From positions 3,232,001 to 3,296,000 of the forward strand of contig CAWAIF010000003.1 of assembly GCA_963782055.1 (NCBI GenBank): a stretch of DNA of 64,000 bases, given 5' to 3'. This document shows, in pieces, positions 24,479 through 35,750 of this stretch. The notes under the pieces were generated by a model. That model was not told where the DNA came from and searched no databases. It worked only from the letters and a program-made list of their open reading frames with translations. The translations under genes were made by a program, and so were the position numbers. Every line of letters begins with the position of its first letter. Within the stretch, counting starts at the first letter, position 1. The stretch is from an uncultured delta proteobacterium. GTDB lineage: Bacteria > Myxococcota_A > Polyangia > Polyangiales > Polyangiaceae.

Positions 24479-24784
24479 TCAGTTCTTGAGCAGGTCGGCC
24501 TCGTCGGAGCGGACGGTGCGCTTGATGCGGAACAGGGAGATGACGATCGCCAGGCCGACGGCGACCTCCGCCGCGGCCGCGGCGATGATGAAGAAGGCGA
24601 ACACCTGGCCGGTGTGGTTGGACGTCGCCGCCCGGTTGAAGGCGACGAGCAGCAGGTTCACCGCGTTGAGCATGAGCTCGAGGCTCATGAGGGCGACCAG
24701 GATGTTGCGGCGCACCAAGAAGCCGATCCCCCCGATGACGAAGAGGACGGAAGCGAGGACCACGAAGTGTTCGACCGGGATCAC
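24479..24784 (-). CDS. nuoK: NADH-quinone oxidoreductase subunit K
   Basis: RRNILVALMSLELMLNAVN, GQVFAFF, AAAEVAVGLAI. GTGA overlap with nuoJ. Confidence 0.96.
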   Translation of the reverse strand: MIPVEHFVVLASVLFVIGGIGFLVRRNILVALMSLELMLNAVNLLLVAFNRAATSNHTGQVFAFFIIAAAAAEVAVGLAIVISLFRIKRTVRSDEADLLKN

Positions 24785-25335
24785 GACGACCCCTCCTTCC
24801 GGGCGGCCAGCGGCTGGTCCGTCTGGTGGCGCCCGCGCGCGACGGCGACGGCGCCGATGATGGCGATCATGAGGAGGGCGCTGGAGAGCTCGAACGGTCC
24901 GATATCGGCCGTGTACAGGACCTTGCCCACGGCGTCGATGCTGCCAAAGTCGGCCGGCACGCTCGCCAGGCGGTGGGCCTCGCCCCAGCCCGGGCGCACC
25001 GCCAGGTAGACGGCGAAGAGCGACGCGAGGCCGAAGAGCGTGCCGCCTATCGTCCGCGTCACCCTGCCGCGGTGATCGCGCGCGCTCGTCGCGCTCGGCC
25101 CGAGGAGCATGATGACGAAGATGAAGAGCACGACGATCGCCCCCGCGTAGACGATGAGCTGGATGATCGCCAGGAACTCGGCGTGCAGCGAGAGGAAGAG
25201 CCCGGCGATGCTGACGATGGTCACCAGCAGACCGATCGCCCCGCGGATCGGGTTGCGCGCGGAGACGGTGGCGAGGGCACCCGCCACGGCGAAGGCCGCG
25301 CACGCGTAGAAGTAGATGTAGCCCAGAGCGGTCAT
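24781..25335 (-). CDS. nuoJ: NADH-quinone oxidoreductase subunit J
   Basis: AEFLAIIQLIVYAGAIVVLFIFVIMLL, PFELSSALL. Confidence 0.96.
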   Translation of the reverse strand: MTALGYIYFYACAAFAVAGALATVSARNPIRGAIGLLVTIVSIAGLFLSLHAEFLAIIQLIVYAGAIVVLFIFVIMLLGPSATSARDHRGRVTRTIGGTLFGLASLFAVYLAVRPGWGEAHRLASVPADFGSIDAVGKVLYTADIGPFELSSALLMIAIIGAVAVARGRHQTDQPLAARKEGSS

Positions 25336-25345
25336 CGCGTCCCCG

Positions 25346-26704
<1,359 letters not shown>

Positions 26705-26706
26705 CG

Positions 26707-27186
26707 TCACTGCTCCCGCAGCTTCGCGAGGATCTCGTCCACCTTCTCGAGGGTGAGGTTCTCGAAGTATTCCTTGTCGACCTGCATCATCGGGGCGGTG
26801 CCGCAGCTCGCCAGGCACTCCGCGGTGCGCAGGGTGACGGCGCCGTCGGCGCTCGTCTCGCCGGCCTTGATGCCCAGGCGCTTCTCGCAGTGCTCGAGCA
26901 CCTGCCCGGCGCCGCGCAGCGCGCAGGGGAGGGTGCGGCACACCCACACCTGGTGGCGGCCTACCTCGTGCTGGTTGAAGAGCGTGTAGAAGGTGAGCAC
27001 GCCCTCCACGTGCGCGCGGGAGAGCTCCAGCCGGTCGGCGACGAACTCGAGGACGTCCTGACCAATCCACCCGTTCTGCTCCTGGCAGAGGTGGAGCAGC
27101 GGGATGCACGCCGCCATCTTCGTGGGATACCGGGTGAGGAGGTCTTTGAGCTTCTGCTCACGGTCGGCGGACAGGACGAAGGGCAT
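26707..27186 (-). CDS. nuoE: NADH-quinone oxidoreductase subunit E
   Basis: TFYTLF; CRTLPC...CLASC 2Fe-2S ligands. Confidence 0.96.
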   Translation of the reverse strand: MPFVLSADREQKLKDLLTRYPTKMAACIPLLHLCQEQNGWIGQDVLEFVADRLELSRAHVEGVLTFYTLFNQHEVGRHQVWVCRTLPCALRGAGQVLEHCEKRLGIKAGETSADGAVTLRTAECLASCGTAPMMQVDKEYFENLTLEKVDEILAKLREQ

Positions 27187-27283
27187 CGGTGGTCTTTGGG
27201 GGGCGCGGATCGCGCATGTCGGCTCTGCCTCTGCGGCGAGAAATCCCGCGCGCGCGAGGGAAAAGCCGGGAAATGCGTGGCGG

Positions 27284-27313
27284 ACGCTAGTGGCGAGGGT
27301 GCACGGGTGTCAA
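27284..27313 (-). promoter_or_regulatory. Putative sigma70-type promoter for nuoEFJKLMN
   Basis: Minus strand TTGACA-18 nt-TAGCGT, about 100 nt upstream of nuoE. Confidence 0.55.
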
Positions 27314-27338
27314 GCACCTCGTCCCCTCGCGAAACTCC

Positions 27339-27368
27339 TTGAGCGCTCCGGATCAGCGGCAGTATGCT
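27339..27368 (+). promoter_or_regulatory. Putative sigma70-type promoter for the TM2 gene
   Basis: TTGAGC-18 nt-TATGCT upstream of the GTG at 27438. Confidence 0.45.
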
Positions 27369-27437
27369 CCCTCGACTTTTCCCGGCCGGCGTAGTGCCGG
27401 CGGGCTAGTTTTCCGGCCCCGCAAGCGAGGTGGCGAG

Positions 27438-28526
27438 GTGTTCTGTCCGAACTGTGGCACGCAAAACCCTGGCGAAGCCCAGACCTGCACCAAGTGCAGC
27501 TTCAATCTGAAGGGCGCCGCTGCACCGAAGTTCAAGGGCACGATGCTCATGTCCAACCCGAGCGCGCCCTCCGGGCCGCCGGCGCCGCCGGGCACGCCGA
27601 ACGCCGGCGCCCCGATGCCGCCGCGTCCTGCCGGGCCTCCGCCCAGCAAGCTGAAGGGGACGATGGTCGGCGTCGCGCCACCCATGCCCGGTTCGGCGCC
27701 CAAGCCGCCGGACGCTGCTGCCGCTGCTGCGGCCGCCGCCGCCGCGCCGCCCGGGCAGCAGGGCACGCAGCTGATGGGCGCCTTCCCGCCTCCGGGTGGC
27801 GGCGGTCCGCGCCCCCCGTCCCAGCCCCCGCCCGCGCCCCCGCCGGGGCAGGGTGGTTTCGGCGCGCCTCCTGGTGGTGGTGGCGTGAACCCCCTCGGGG
27901 GGACGATGGTCGCCTCCGACATGAACTTCCCCCCGCCCGGTGGTGGCCCTCCGGCGCCCGGCGGCTTCGGCGCTCCCCCCGGCAGCACACCGCCGCCCGC
28001 GCCCGGCGGCTTCGGCGCTCCGCCCCCCGACGCCGGCGCTCCGCCTGGCGGCGGCTTCGGCGGTCCTCCGCCTGGCGGCGGCTTCGGCGGTCCTCCGCCT
28101 GGCGGCGGCTTCGGTGGCCCTCCGCCTGGCGGCGGCTTCGGCGGCCCTCCGCCTGGCGGCTTCGGTGGCCCTCCGCCCGGTGCTCCGGCGCCTGGCGGCT
28201 TCGGCGGCTTCGATCCCAACGCACAGCAGCCTCCGCCCGGCGGCGCGATGCAGCCCTTCCAGCCCCCCGGGCCGATGATGGGCGGCCCCGGTGGCCCCGG
28301 CGAAATGATGGCCGGCGGTGTCAGCGACAAGCAGTGGATGACGACGCTCATCCTCTGCGTGTTCGTCGGCGGCCTCGGCGTGCACCGCTTCTACACCGGC
28401 AAGACGGGCACCGGCATCGCCATGCTCCTCACCTTCGGCGGGTGCGGCCTCTGGACGCTCTACGATCTCATCATGATCATCATGGGCAAGTTCACCGACG
28501 CGCAGGGGCGAGCCCTCGCCAAGTGA
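27438..28526 (+). CDS. Zinc ribbon - Pro/Gly-rich - TM2 domain protein
   Basis: FCPNCG..CTKC at the N-terminus, GGFGGPPP repeats, C-terminal [26 protein letters not shown]2 motif. Confidence 0.9.
   Translation: MFCPNCGTQNPGEAQTCTKCSFNLKGAAAPKFKGTMLMSNPSAPSGPPAPPGTPNAGAPMPPRPAGPPPSKLKGTMVGVAPPMPGSAPKPPDAAAAAAAAAAAPPGQQGTQLMGAFPPPGGGGPRPPSQPPPAPPPGQGGFGAPPGGGGVNPLGGTMVASDMNFPPPGGGPPAPGGFGAPPGSTPPPAPGGFGAPPPDAGAPPGGGFGGPPPGGGFGGPPPGGGFGGPPPGGGFGGPPPGGFGGPPPGAPAPGGFGGFDPNAQQPPPGGAMQPFQPPGPMMGGPGGPGEMMAGGVSDKQWMTTLILCVFVGGLGVHRFYTGKTGTGIAMLLTFGGCGLWTLYDLIMIIMGKFTDAQGRALAK
28041..28172 (+). repeat. Coding tandem repeat, four 27-bp units plus one 24-bp unit (PPGGGFGGP)
   Basis: ccgcctggcggcggcttcggcggtcct-type units at 28041, 28068, 28095, 28122 and 28149. 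Confidence 0.9.
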
Positions 28527-28527
28527 C

Positions 28528-28971
28528 GTGGCGCTCGCGCGGCAGGCCGACGCCGGCTTGACCGCCGGGCGCCTGGCGCCGAGGCCGGGCTGGGCGAAGC
28601 GCGCCCTGGCTCCGCTCGCCGTGTCCCTCGCGTTCGTCGCCGACGTGCGCGGCTGGTTCACGTGGCATTGCCCCGTCGCGTGGGCCTTCCACGTGCCGTG
28701 CCCCACGTGCGGCGTCACGCGCGCCACGCGCCACCTGCTCCACCTCGATCTGGCGGGGGCGACGCGCGTTCACCCGCTGGCGCTGGTGGTCGTGCCCTTC
28801 GTCGCGGCGCTGGTCGCGGGGGAGCTCGCTGCGTTCGCCTGGACGGGTCGGCTCGGGAGCGTCACGCGACGCCCGTGGGTGCGCCGCGCGGGCTTCGCGC
28901 TGTGCGTGGCCCTCTTCGTGGTGTGGGTGGCGCGCTTCCTCGGCGCCTTCGGCGGTCCGGTGGGCGTGTAG
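28528..28971 (+). CDS. DUF2752 domain membrane protein
   Basis: CP....HVPCPTCGVTRA..LLHLD...A...HPL signature; follows the TM2 gene. Confidence 0.88.
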   Translation: MALARQADAGLTAGRLAPRPGWAKRALAPLAVSLAFVADVRGWFTWHCPVAWAFHVPCPTCGVTRATRHLLHLDLAGATRVHPLALVVVPFVAALVAGELAAFAWTGRLGSVTRRPWVRRAGFALCVALFVVWVARFLGAFGGPVGV

Positions 28972-29001
28972 AGGGCCTCAGGTCGAAGAGCCCGACGCCC
29001 T

Positions 29002-30109
<1,108 letters not shown>

Positions 30110-30201
30110 GGTGGTGGGGCGTCATAGAGCCAATGCCGTCCCGGCGCAAAGAGAAGGGGCAGCGACCTCGCGGGGCGCCCATCGGTGGTAGATTCCCGGC
30201 G

Positions 30202-31413
30202 ATGGACGGGCAGCTCAGCGGGAAGACGGTCGCGCTCTGCGTGACGGGCAGCATCGCGGCGTACAAGGCGGCGATCCTGGCGCGGCTGCTCGTGAAGGCG
30301 GGGGCGCGGGTGCTCCCGGTGATGACGCGCGCGGCGCGCGAGTTCCTCGGCCCCATGACCCTCTCCGGGATCACCGGCAGCCCGGTGGCCGAGTCGATGT
30401 GGGACTCGTCTCAGCCCGGGGAGCTGCACGTGGACCTCGCCGCGCAGGCCGACATCGTCGCCATCGTGCCGGCCACCGCCGACGTGCTCGCGCGGCTCGC
30501 CCAGGGGCGCGCCAACGACCTGGTGACCGCCCTGGTGCTGTGCGCGCGGGGCCCCATCCTCGCCGCGCCGGCGATGCACCCGCGCATGTGGGCGCACCCG
30601 GCGACGCAGCAGAACGTCTCCGAGCTGGCCTACCAGGGCCGGCTCACGCTGGTGGGTCCGGTGAGCGGGCAGGTCGCCTCCGGGGACGACGGGACCGGAC
30701 GGATGGCGGAGCCGGAGGCCGTCCTCGCCGCCATCGTCGCGGCGCTCGCGCCGAAGGACTTCGCCGGCAAGCACGTGCTGGTGACCGCCGGGCCCACGCT
30801 GGAGGACCTGGACCCGGTGCGCTACCTGGGCAACCGCTCCACCGGCAAGATGGGCTTCGCTATCGCCGAGCGCGCGGCGGCGCGCGGCGCGGAGGTGACG
30901 CTCGTCGCCGGGCCGGTGAGCCTGCCCACGCCGCCCGGGGTGAAGCGCATCGACGTGCGCGGCGCCGTGGCGATGCGCGGTGCGGTCTGGCAGGTGACCT
31001 CGCTCGACCTCTCCAAGGTCGACGCGGTGATCATGGCCGCGGCGGTGGCGGATTACCGCCCCTCGGAGGTGAGCGCGTCCAAGCTGAAGAAGCAGGGCAA
31101 GAGCGCGACGCTGGACCTCACGCGCAACCCCGATGTCCTCGCCGAGGTGGGCCAGGCGCGCGCGGGGCAGCGGCCGGTGCTCGTCGGCTTCGCCCTGGAG
31201 ACCGACGCGCACGAGGGGATGGTCGCGGAGGCGCAGCGCAAGCGCGTCCAGAAGCGCGTGGACGTGATCGTCGCCAACGAGGCGCGCTCCGCGTTCGCTG
31301 GCGACGACAACGAGGTGACCCTGGTCACGGCCTCCGGCGAGGAGCGCCTGCCCCGCATGAGCAAGGCCTCCGTCGCCGAGGCCATCCTCGACCGCGTGCG
31401 GCCCTTGCTGTAG
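30202..31413 (+). CDS. coaBC: Bifunctional phosphopantothenoylcysteine decarboxylase / phosphopantothenate-cysteine ligase
   Basis: TGSIAAYK, PATAD, PAMH..MW, TAGPT.E.LDPVRY.GNRSTGKMG, AAVADY, GFALET. Confidence 0.97.
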   Translation: MDGQLSGKTVALCVTGSIAAYKAAILARLLVKAGARVLPVMTRAAREFLGPMTLSGITGSPVAESMWDSSQPGELHVDLAAQADIVAIVPATADVLARLAQGRANDLVTALVLCARGPILAAPAMHPRMWAHPATQQNVSELAYQGRLTLVGPVSGQVASGDDGTGRMAEPEAVLAAIVAALAPKDFAGKHVLVTAGPTLEDLDPVRYLGNRSTGKMGFAIAERAAARGAEVTLVAGPVSLPTPPGVKRIDVRGAVAMRGAVWQVTSLDLSKVDAVIMAAAVADYRPSEVSASKLKKQGKSATLDLTRNPDVLAEVGQARAGQRPVLVGFALETDAHEGMVAEAQRKRVQKRVDVIVANEARSAFAGDDNEVTLVTASGEERLPRMSKASVAEAILDRVRPLL

Positions 31414-31487
31414 CGACAGGGCTGGGCTAATCGGCTGCTCGCGCGCGTCCCACCATCGGGGAGGTTTCCCCGGGGGCGCGAGCAGCT

Positions 31488-31678
31488 CGCGTGGTCGTGG
31501 GAGAGCGCTTTCTCCCACCAAGGGAAGCTGGCGAACATCCAGCACGGCCCCCGCCACGGTGACCGGGGACGAACCTGCGACAGCCACTGGGGTGACCGAT
31601 GCTTGCATCATGCAACGATCGGCGCGCTGGGAAGGCGCAGGGGAGGACGATCCGGAAGTCCGGAGACCGGACCACGCG
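31488..31678 (+). ncRNA. Cobalamin riboswitch (class I / AdoCbl-type)
   Basis: P1 CGCGTGGTC/GACCACGCG, P2 GTGGGAGA/TCTCCCAC, AAGGGAA, GCTGG/CCAGC, CCCCGCCACGGTGA, GCCACTGG...TGGGAAGG, B12 box AAGTCCGGAGACCGG. Ends 50 nt before an ATG. Confidence 0.92.
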
Positions 31679-31728
31679 GGCAACCTCGAGATTGGCTGCG
31701 CGGGAGTGGCGCGGCCAAGGGTGCGATC

Positions 31729-33024
31729 ATGAACCGAACCGTCCTCACGCTCGTCGCGACGAGCGTCGCGTGGCTCTCTCTCGGCTGTACCGGCGACGAC
31801 ATCACCTACGGCCCGGCTGACGCGGCCCCCACCGCGGACGCCACCACCGACGTGACCGCCCCCGACGGCGGGCTGGACGCGTCGGCGGCGCAGCCCAGCG
31901 TTCTCGTCACGCACACCACGACGGCGGGCGAGCTGGTCGCGGTGAACCCGCAGGACGGCGGCGTCTCCGGCCGCCTCGCCTTCCCGGGCTTCGGCGTCGT
32001 CGTGCCCGGGACGAGCGGGCCGTACCTCCTGCAGGAGGGCAAGGACGTGGTGACGCGGCTGGACCCCGCGCAGCCGTGGAAGGCGCGCTCCAGCTGGAGC
32101 GTCGGGCTGGGCGATCAGAAGGATGGCGGGGAGAGCTACGCCGACCCGGTGCAGGTGGTGCAGGTCGCGCCGGACAAGGCGTACGTGCTCCGCTACAACC
32201 GCAACGCCATCGCCGTCATCGACCCGTCCGCCGACGTGGACGGCGGCGCGCCGAAGGGGACGATCGACCTCTCCGCGCTGCAGCAGCCGAACGACGGCGA
32301 CGGCCACGTCGACATGTCCGGCGCCGTCTACGACGCCACCCGCCACCGGCTCTACGTCACGCTGGCGAACATCGACGTCAACGACGTCGACCCGCAGGGC
32401 TACTTCCTGCTGTGCGCGGGCACCAAGAGCACGCTCGTCGCCATCGACACGACGACCGACGCCCTGGTCGACCTGGGCGGCGCGGGTCCGGGCGGCGGCG
32501 TGGTGCTCGACGGCTACGCCCCGCAGATGGGCATCCTGGGCGGGCTCATCCTCGACGAGCCGAACCATCGCGTCCTGGTCTTCGACACCGGGTGCAACCA
32601 GCCGGGCGACGCCGGCCCGAGCGGGCTCGTCGGCCGGCTGATCGAGTCGGTGGATCTGGACACCAACGGCCTGGCCGTGCTCCTCGACGCCACGCTGCAG
32701 GACTACCCGGGGCAGCTCGTCTACCAGGACGCCCACCACGCGATCGTCCAGTTCGGCTTCGGTGCGTTCGCGAAGACGTACCGGTGGGACCCGACGACCA
32801 CCACGCTCGGTGCGCCGCTCGGCGTCGCGCCGGACCTCTTCGCGCTGGACCTCGCGGGCGGGCGCATCGTCGGCCCGCGGTCCACGACCGCCGCCGACGG
32901 CGGGGCGGGGCCGCGCCCCGTCATCGGCGTGGACGTCGGCGACGGCGGCGTCAGCCAGCTCGCCGACGATCCCTTCCTGGAGCCGGGCGGCTACTTCGGG
33001 GACGTCCTGTACTACGCCCCGTGA
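31729..33024 (+). CDS. Cobalamin-riboswitch-preceded lipoprotein, probable beta-propeller
   Basis: Lipobox SLGC; propeller-like strands KAYVLRY, IAVIDP, GTIDLS, RLYVTL, LVAIDTTTD. Confidence 0.8.
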   Translation: MNRTVLTLVATSVAWLSLGCTGDDITYGPADAAPTADATTDVTAPDGGLDASAAQPSVLVTHTTTAGELVAVNPQDGGVSGRLAFPGFGVVVPGTSGPYLLQEGKDVVTRLDPAQPWKARSSWSVGLGDQKDGGESYADPVQVVQVAPDKAYVLRYNRNAIAVIDPSADVDGGAPKGTIDLSALQQPNDGDGHVDMSGAVYDATRHRLYVTLANIDVNDVDPQGYFLLCAGTKSTLVAIDTTTDALVDLGGAGPGGGVVLDGYAPQMGILGGLILDEPNHRVLVFDTGCNQPGDAGPSGLVGRLIESVDLDTNGLAVLLDATLQDYPGQLVYQDAHHAIVQFGFGAFAKTYRWDPTTTTLGAPLGVAPDLFALDLAGGRIVGPRSTTAADGGAGPRPVIGVDVGDGGVSQLADDPFLEPGGYFGDVLYYAP

Positions 33025-33071
33025 CGCGCGCCGCGCCGCAACCGTCGGCGCGCGGCGCGCGTATCCCCCGC

Positions 33072-34715
33072 ATGAACCGCATCGCCGCCGCGGCGCTCGC
33101 GTCCTGCCTCGCGGCCTGCGCGGCCTGCACGCCCGGGGCGGCGCCTCCACCGCGCGCCGCCGTCGCGCCGCCTGCTCGCGTCCCGTTCGAGGCCCGGTGG
33201 GACGCCACGCCGAAGGCCCCGCTGGCCTGGAGCGACTTCACCCCCGCGACCTTCACGCGCGCCAGGGCGGTCGGGCGGTTCGTCGTGCTGGATGGATTTG
33301 CCGAGTGGTGCCACTGGTGCCACGTGATGGAGGCGGTCACCTACCACGACCCCGCCGTGCGAGAGATCCTCGACGCGCACTTCGTCGCCGCCAAGGTGGA
33401 CGTGGACGCGCGGCCGGACATCGAGGAGCGCTACGACGCGTGGGGCTGGCCGGCGACGGTCATCTTCACGCCGGACGGGCGCGAGCTCGGCAAGTACCGC
33501 GGCTTCATCCCACCCGAGCGCTTCCGCGAGATCCTGGAGGCGGTCGTCGCCGCCGGGGTGCCGCAGCCGGGGGTCGCGCGGCCCCAGGCGCCGCCGGTCT
33601 CCGACGAGCCGCTGCCGGAGGAGGAGATCACGTGGATCGCCCGGGCCGCCGCGCTGGACCTGGACGACTACTGGGACCGAGAGCAGGGGAGCTGGGGCCA
33701 CGGGCAGAAGGTGCCCCTCTACATGACCAACGAGTGGGCGCTGATGCGCGCCCGCGGCGGCGACGCACGCCAGAAGAAGCGGGTGCTCTTCTCGCTCGAC
33801 CAGGAGACGAAGATCATCGACCCGGTGTGGGGCGGCGTCGACCAGTACTCCACCGACGGCGACTGGGAGCACCCGCACTACGAGAAGCTGATGGCCTTCA
33901 ACGCAGGCGCCATCGCCAACTTCAGCGAGGCGTACGCGCTCACCGGCGAGGCGAAGTACCTGGACGTGGCGAGGCGCGTCGTGGGCTACGTCGACCGCTT
34001 CCTCTCCGGGCCGGACGGCGGCTTCTACACGACGCAGGACGCCGACCTGAACGCCCACGCGCCCGGGAAGCCCTTCATGACCGGTCACGACTACTACGCG
34101 AAGGGGGAGGCGGAGCGGCTGCGCCTCGGCGTGCCGCGCGTGGACACGCACGAGTACCCGCGCGAGAACGGAATGGCCATCGTTGCATATTGCAAGTATT
34201 TCGCGGCGAGCCACCACGCCGCCGCGCTGGAGCGCGCGAAGAAGGCCGCCGGGCACCTGCTCGCCACGCACATGACGCCCTCGGGGACGCTCGCCCACGA
34301 CGCCGACCCCGCCGCGCGCGTCACCTTCCTCTCCGACAACGCGCAGTTCGCCTGGGGTCTCCTCGCCCTCGCCCAGGCGACCGGGGACGCGTCGTGGCGC
34401 GCGAAGGCGGCGGCCATCGCCGGCGTGGTGATGCGCACCATGCAGGACGATCGCGGCGGCGGCTTCTTCGCGCAGACCGCCGACCCCGACGCCGTGGGGG
34501 TCTTCGCGCGCCGCCGGCGCCCCTTCGAGGACAACGTGGTGATGGTGCGCGTGCTCGCCGCGCTCGCGCGGGCGTCGGCCGAGGAGCCGCCGGAGATGCG
34601 TCGCGCCATCCGCCACACCCTGCGCTCCCTCGCCACGCCGGACCGGGTGAAGGCCCGCGGCCGCTACGTCGGCGACCTCCTCATGGCGCTGCACGAGACG
34701 CAGGGCGTGAGGTGA
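33072..34715 (+). CDS. Thioredoxin-domain (DUF255/YyaL-like) lipoprotein with alpha/alpha-barrel C-terminus
   Basis: AEWCHWCHVME, RPDI..RY..WGWPAT, DPVWGG, W.HPHYEKL, GGFYTTQDAD, LSDNA. Alternative GTG start at 33021. Confidence 0.88.
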   Translation: MNRIAAAALASCLAACAACTPGAAPPPRAAVAPPARVPFEARWDATPKAPLAWSDFTPATFTRARAVGRFVVLDGFAEWCHWCHVMEAVTYHDPAVREILDAHFVAAKVDVDARPDIEERYDAWGWPATVIFTPDGRELGKYRGFIPPERFREILEAVVAAGVPQPGVARPQAPPVSDEPLPEEEITWIARAAALDLDDYWDREQGSWGHGQKVPLYMTNEWALMRARGGDARQKKRVLFSLDQETKIIDPVWGGVDQYSTDGDWEHPHYEKLMAFNAGAIANFSEAYALTGEAKYLDVARRVVGYVDRFLSGPDGGFYTTQDADLNAHAPGKPFMTGHDYYAKGEAERLRLGVPRVDTHEYPRENGMAIVAYCKYFAASHHAAALERAKKAAGHLLATHMTPSGTLAHDADPAARVTFLSDNAQFAWGLLALAQATGDASWRAKAAAIAGVVMRTMQDDRGGGFFAQTADPDAVGVFARRRRPFEDNVVMVRVLAALARASAEEPPEMRRAIRHTLRSLATPDRVKARGRYVGDLLMALHETQGVR

Positions 34716-34724
34716 AGGGGCGCG

Positions 34725-35750
34725 CTACCTCAGCGCATTCCAGTCCAGGATGCGGACCGTCCTGCGGGAGATCCTGTACTCGATGCTCCGGTGCAGTCCC
34801 ACGGCGTCGCCGCCGATCTCCAGCGCCATCGGCCGGGAGAAGGTCATCCGCACGGCGGTGGTGAACCAGTCGTGCATTCCGCGCAGCGGGAAGCGTCCCA
34901 CCCAGAGGTCAGGGATGTCCTTGATCGCCGCCGGGGCAGACCGTTCGTAGATGCGTACGTTGAGCATGCCGAGGAAGCGCTCGGCGAAGGGGTAGGCACG
35001 GAAGTGGTAGCCGAACTCGCGGCAGGTGGCGGCGCCGGCCACGCTGGCGAGGCCGTCGTAGAGGACCGCGCCGTAGCCCAGGTCGTCCAGCCGGCGCAGG
35101 CGGCCCTGGGGTGTCAGCGTGTAGACCTCGTCGCCCAGGTTCTCGACGAGGACGTGCGGGCGCCCGAAGAGCAGCGTCTTCGGCGCGGTGCGCAGCAGCA
35201 TCGCCGAGAGGTAGCCGTACACGCTCCTGGCGAAGAGGCGCGGCGGCCCCTTCGACGCGGCGAGCTGCTGCTTGTAGTCGTCCAGGATCTGCGCGTCCCA
35301 CCCGCACCCGGCGAAGTGCGTCAGCGTCCCCATGCAGTCCACCAGCCCGAAGCGTCGCGTGGGCAGGGGGCGTGACTCGGGGTAGGCGTCCTGCAGCCTC
35401 GCCAGCAGGTCCAGGCACGCGGCGAGCTTGGGAGCGCCGACGGTGTTCGCCCACGCGTTGCCGGTGCCCAGCTTGAGCACGCCGACGATGGGCAGCTCGG
35501 CGCCCCGCGGCACCACGTGGTCCAGCGCGTTCACCAGGCCGATGACGGTGCCGTCGCCGCCCGCGGCGAAGATGACGCGCGGCACGTCGTCGTGACCGAG
35601 CAGCTCCTTCAGCCACACCGAGATCTCGCCCTGGTTGCGGGTGAGTCGCACGCGCGCGCGCGGGAGCATCCGGCCGATCTGCACCGCCACACGCCGCCCG
35701 CCGCGCTTGGCGTTGGCGTTGACCAGGATGGCGATCCCGCGTCCGCTCAC
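34725..35750 (-). CDS. Diacylglycerol kinase family protein
   Basis: LVNANA, AGGDGT, LGTGNA, GCGWDA, EIGGD. GTGA overlap with the upstream acyltransferase. Confidence 0.88.
   Translation of the reverse strand: MSGRGIAILVNANAKRGGRRVAVQIGRMLPRARVRLTRNQGEISVWLKELLGHDDVPRVIFAAGGDGTVIGLVNALDHVVPRGAELPIVGVLKLGTGNAWANTVGAPKLAACLDLLARLQDAYPESRPLPTRRFGLVDCMGTLTHFAGCGWDAQILDDYKQQLAASKGPPRLFARSVYGYLSAMLLRTAPKTLLFGRPHVLVENLGDEVYTLTPQGRLRRLDDLGYGAVLYDGLASVAGAATCREFGYHFRAYPFAERFLGMLNVRIYERSAPAAIKDIPDLWVGRFPLRGMHDWFTTAVRMTFSRPMALEIGGDAVGLHRSIEYRISRRTVRILDWNALR

Noticed and set aside
33309..33323. CHWCH as a heme c site
   Set aside because: It is the standard WCHWCH thioredoxin-like motif of the YyaL/DUF255 family.
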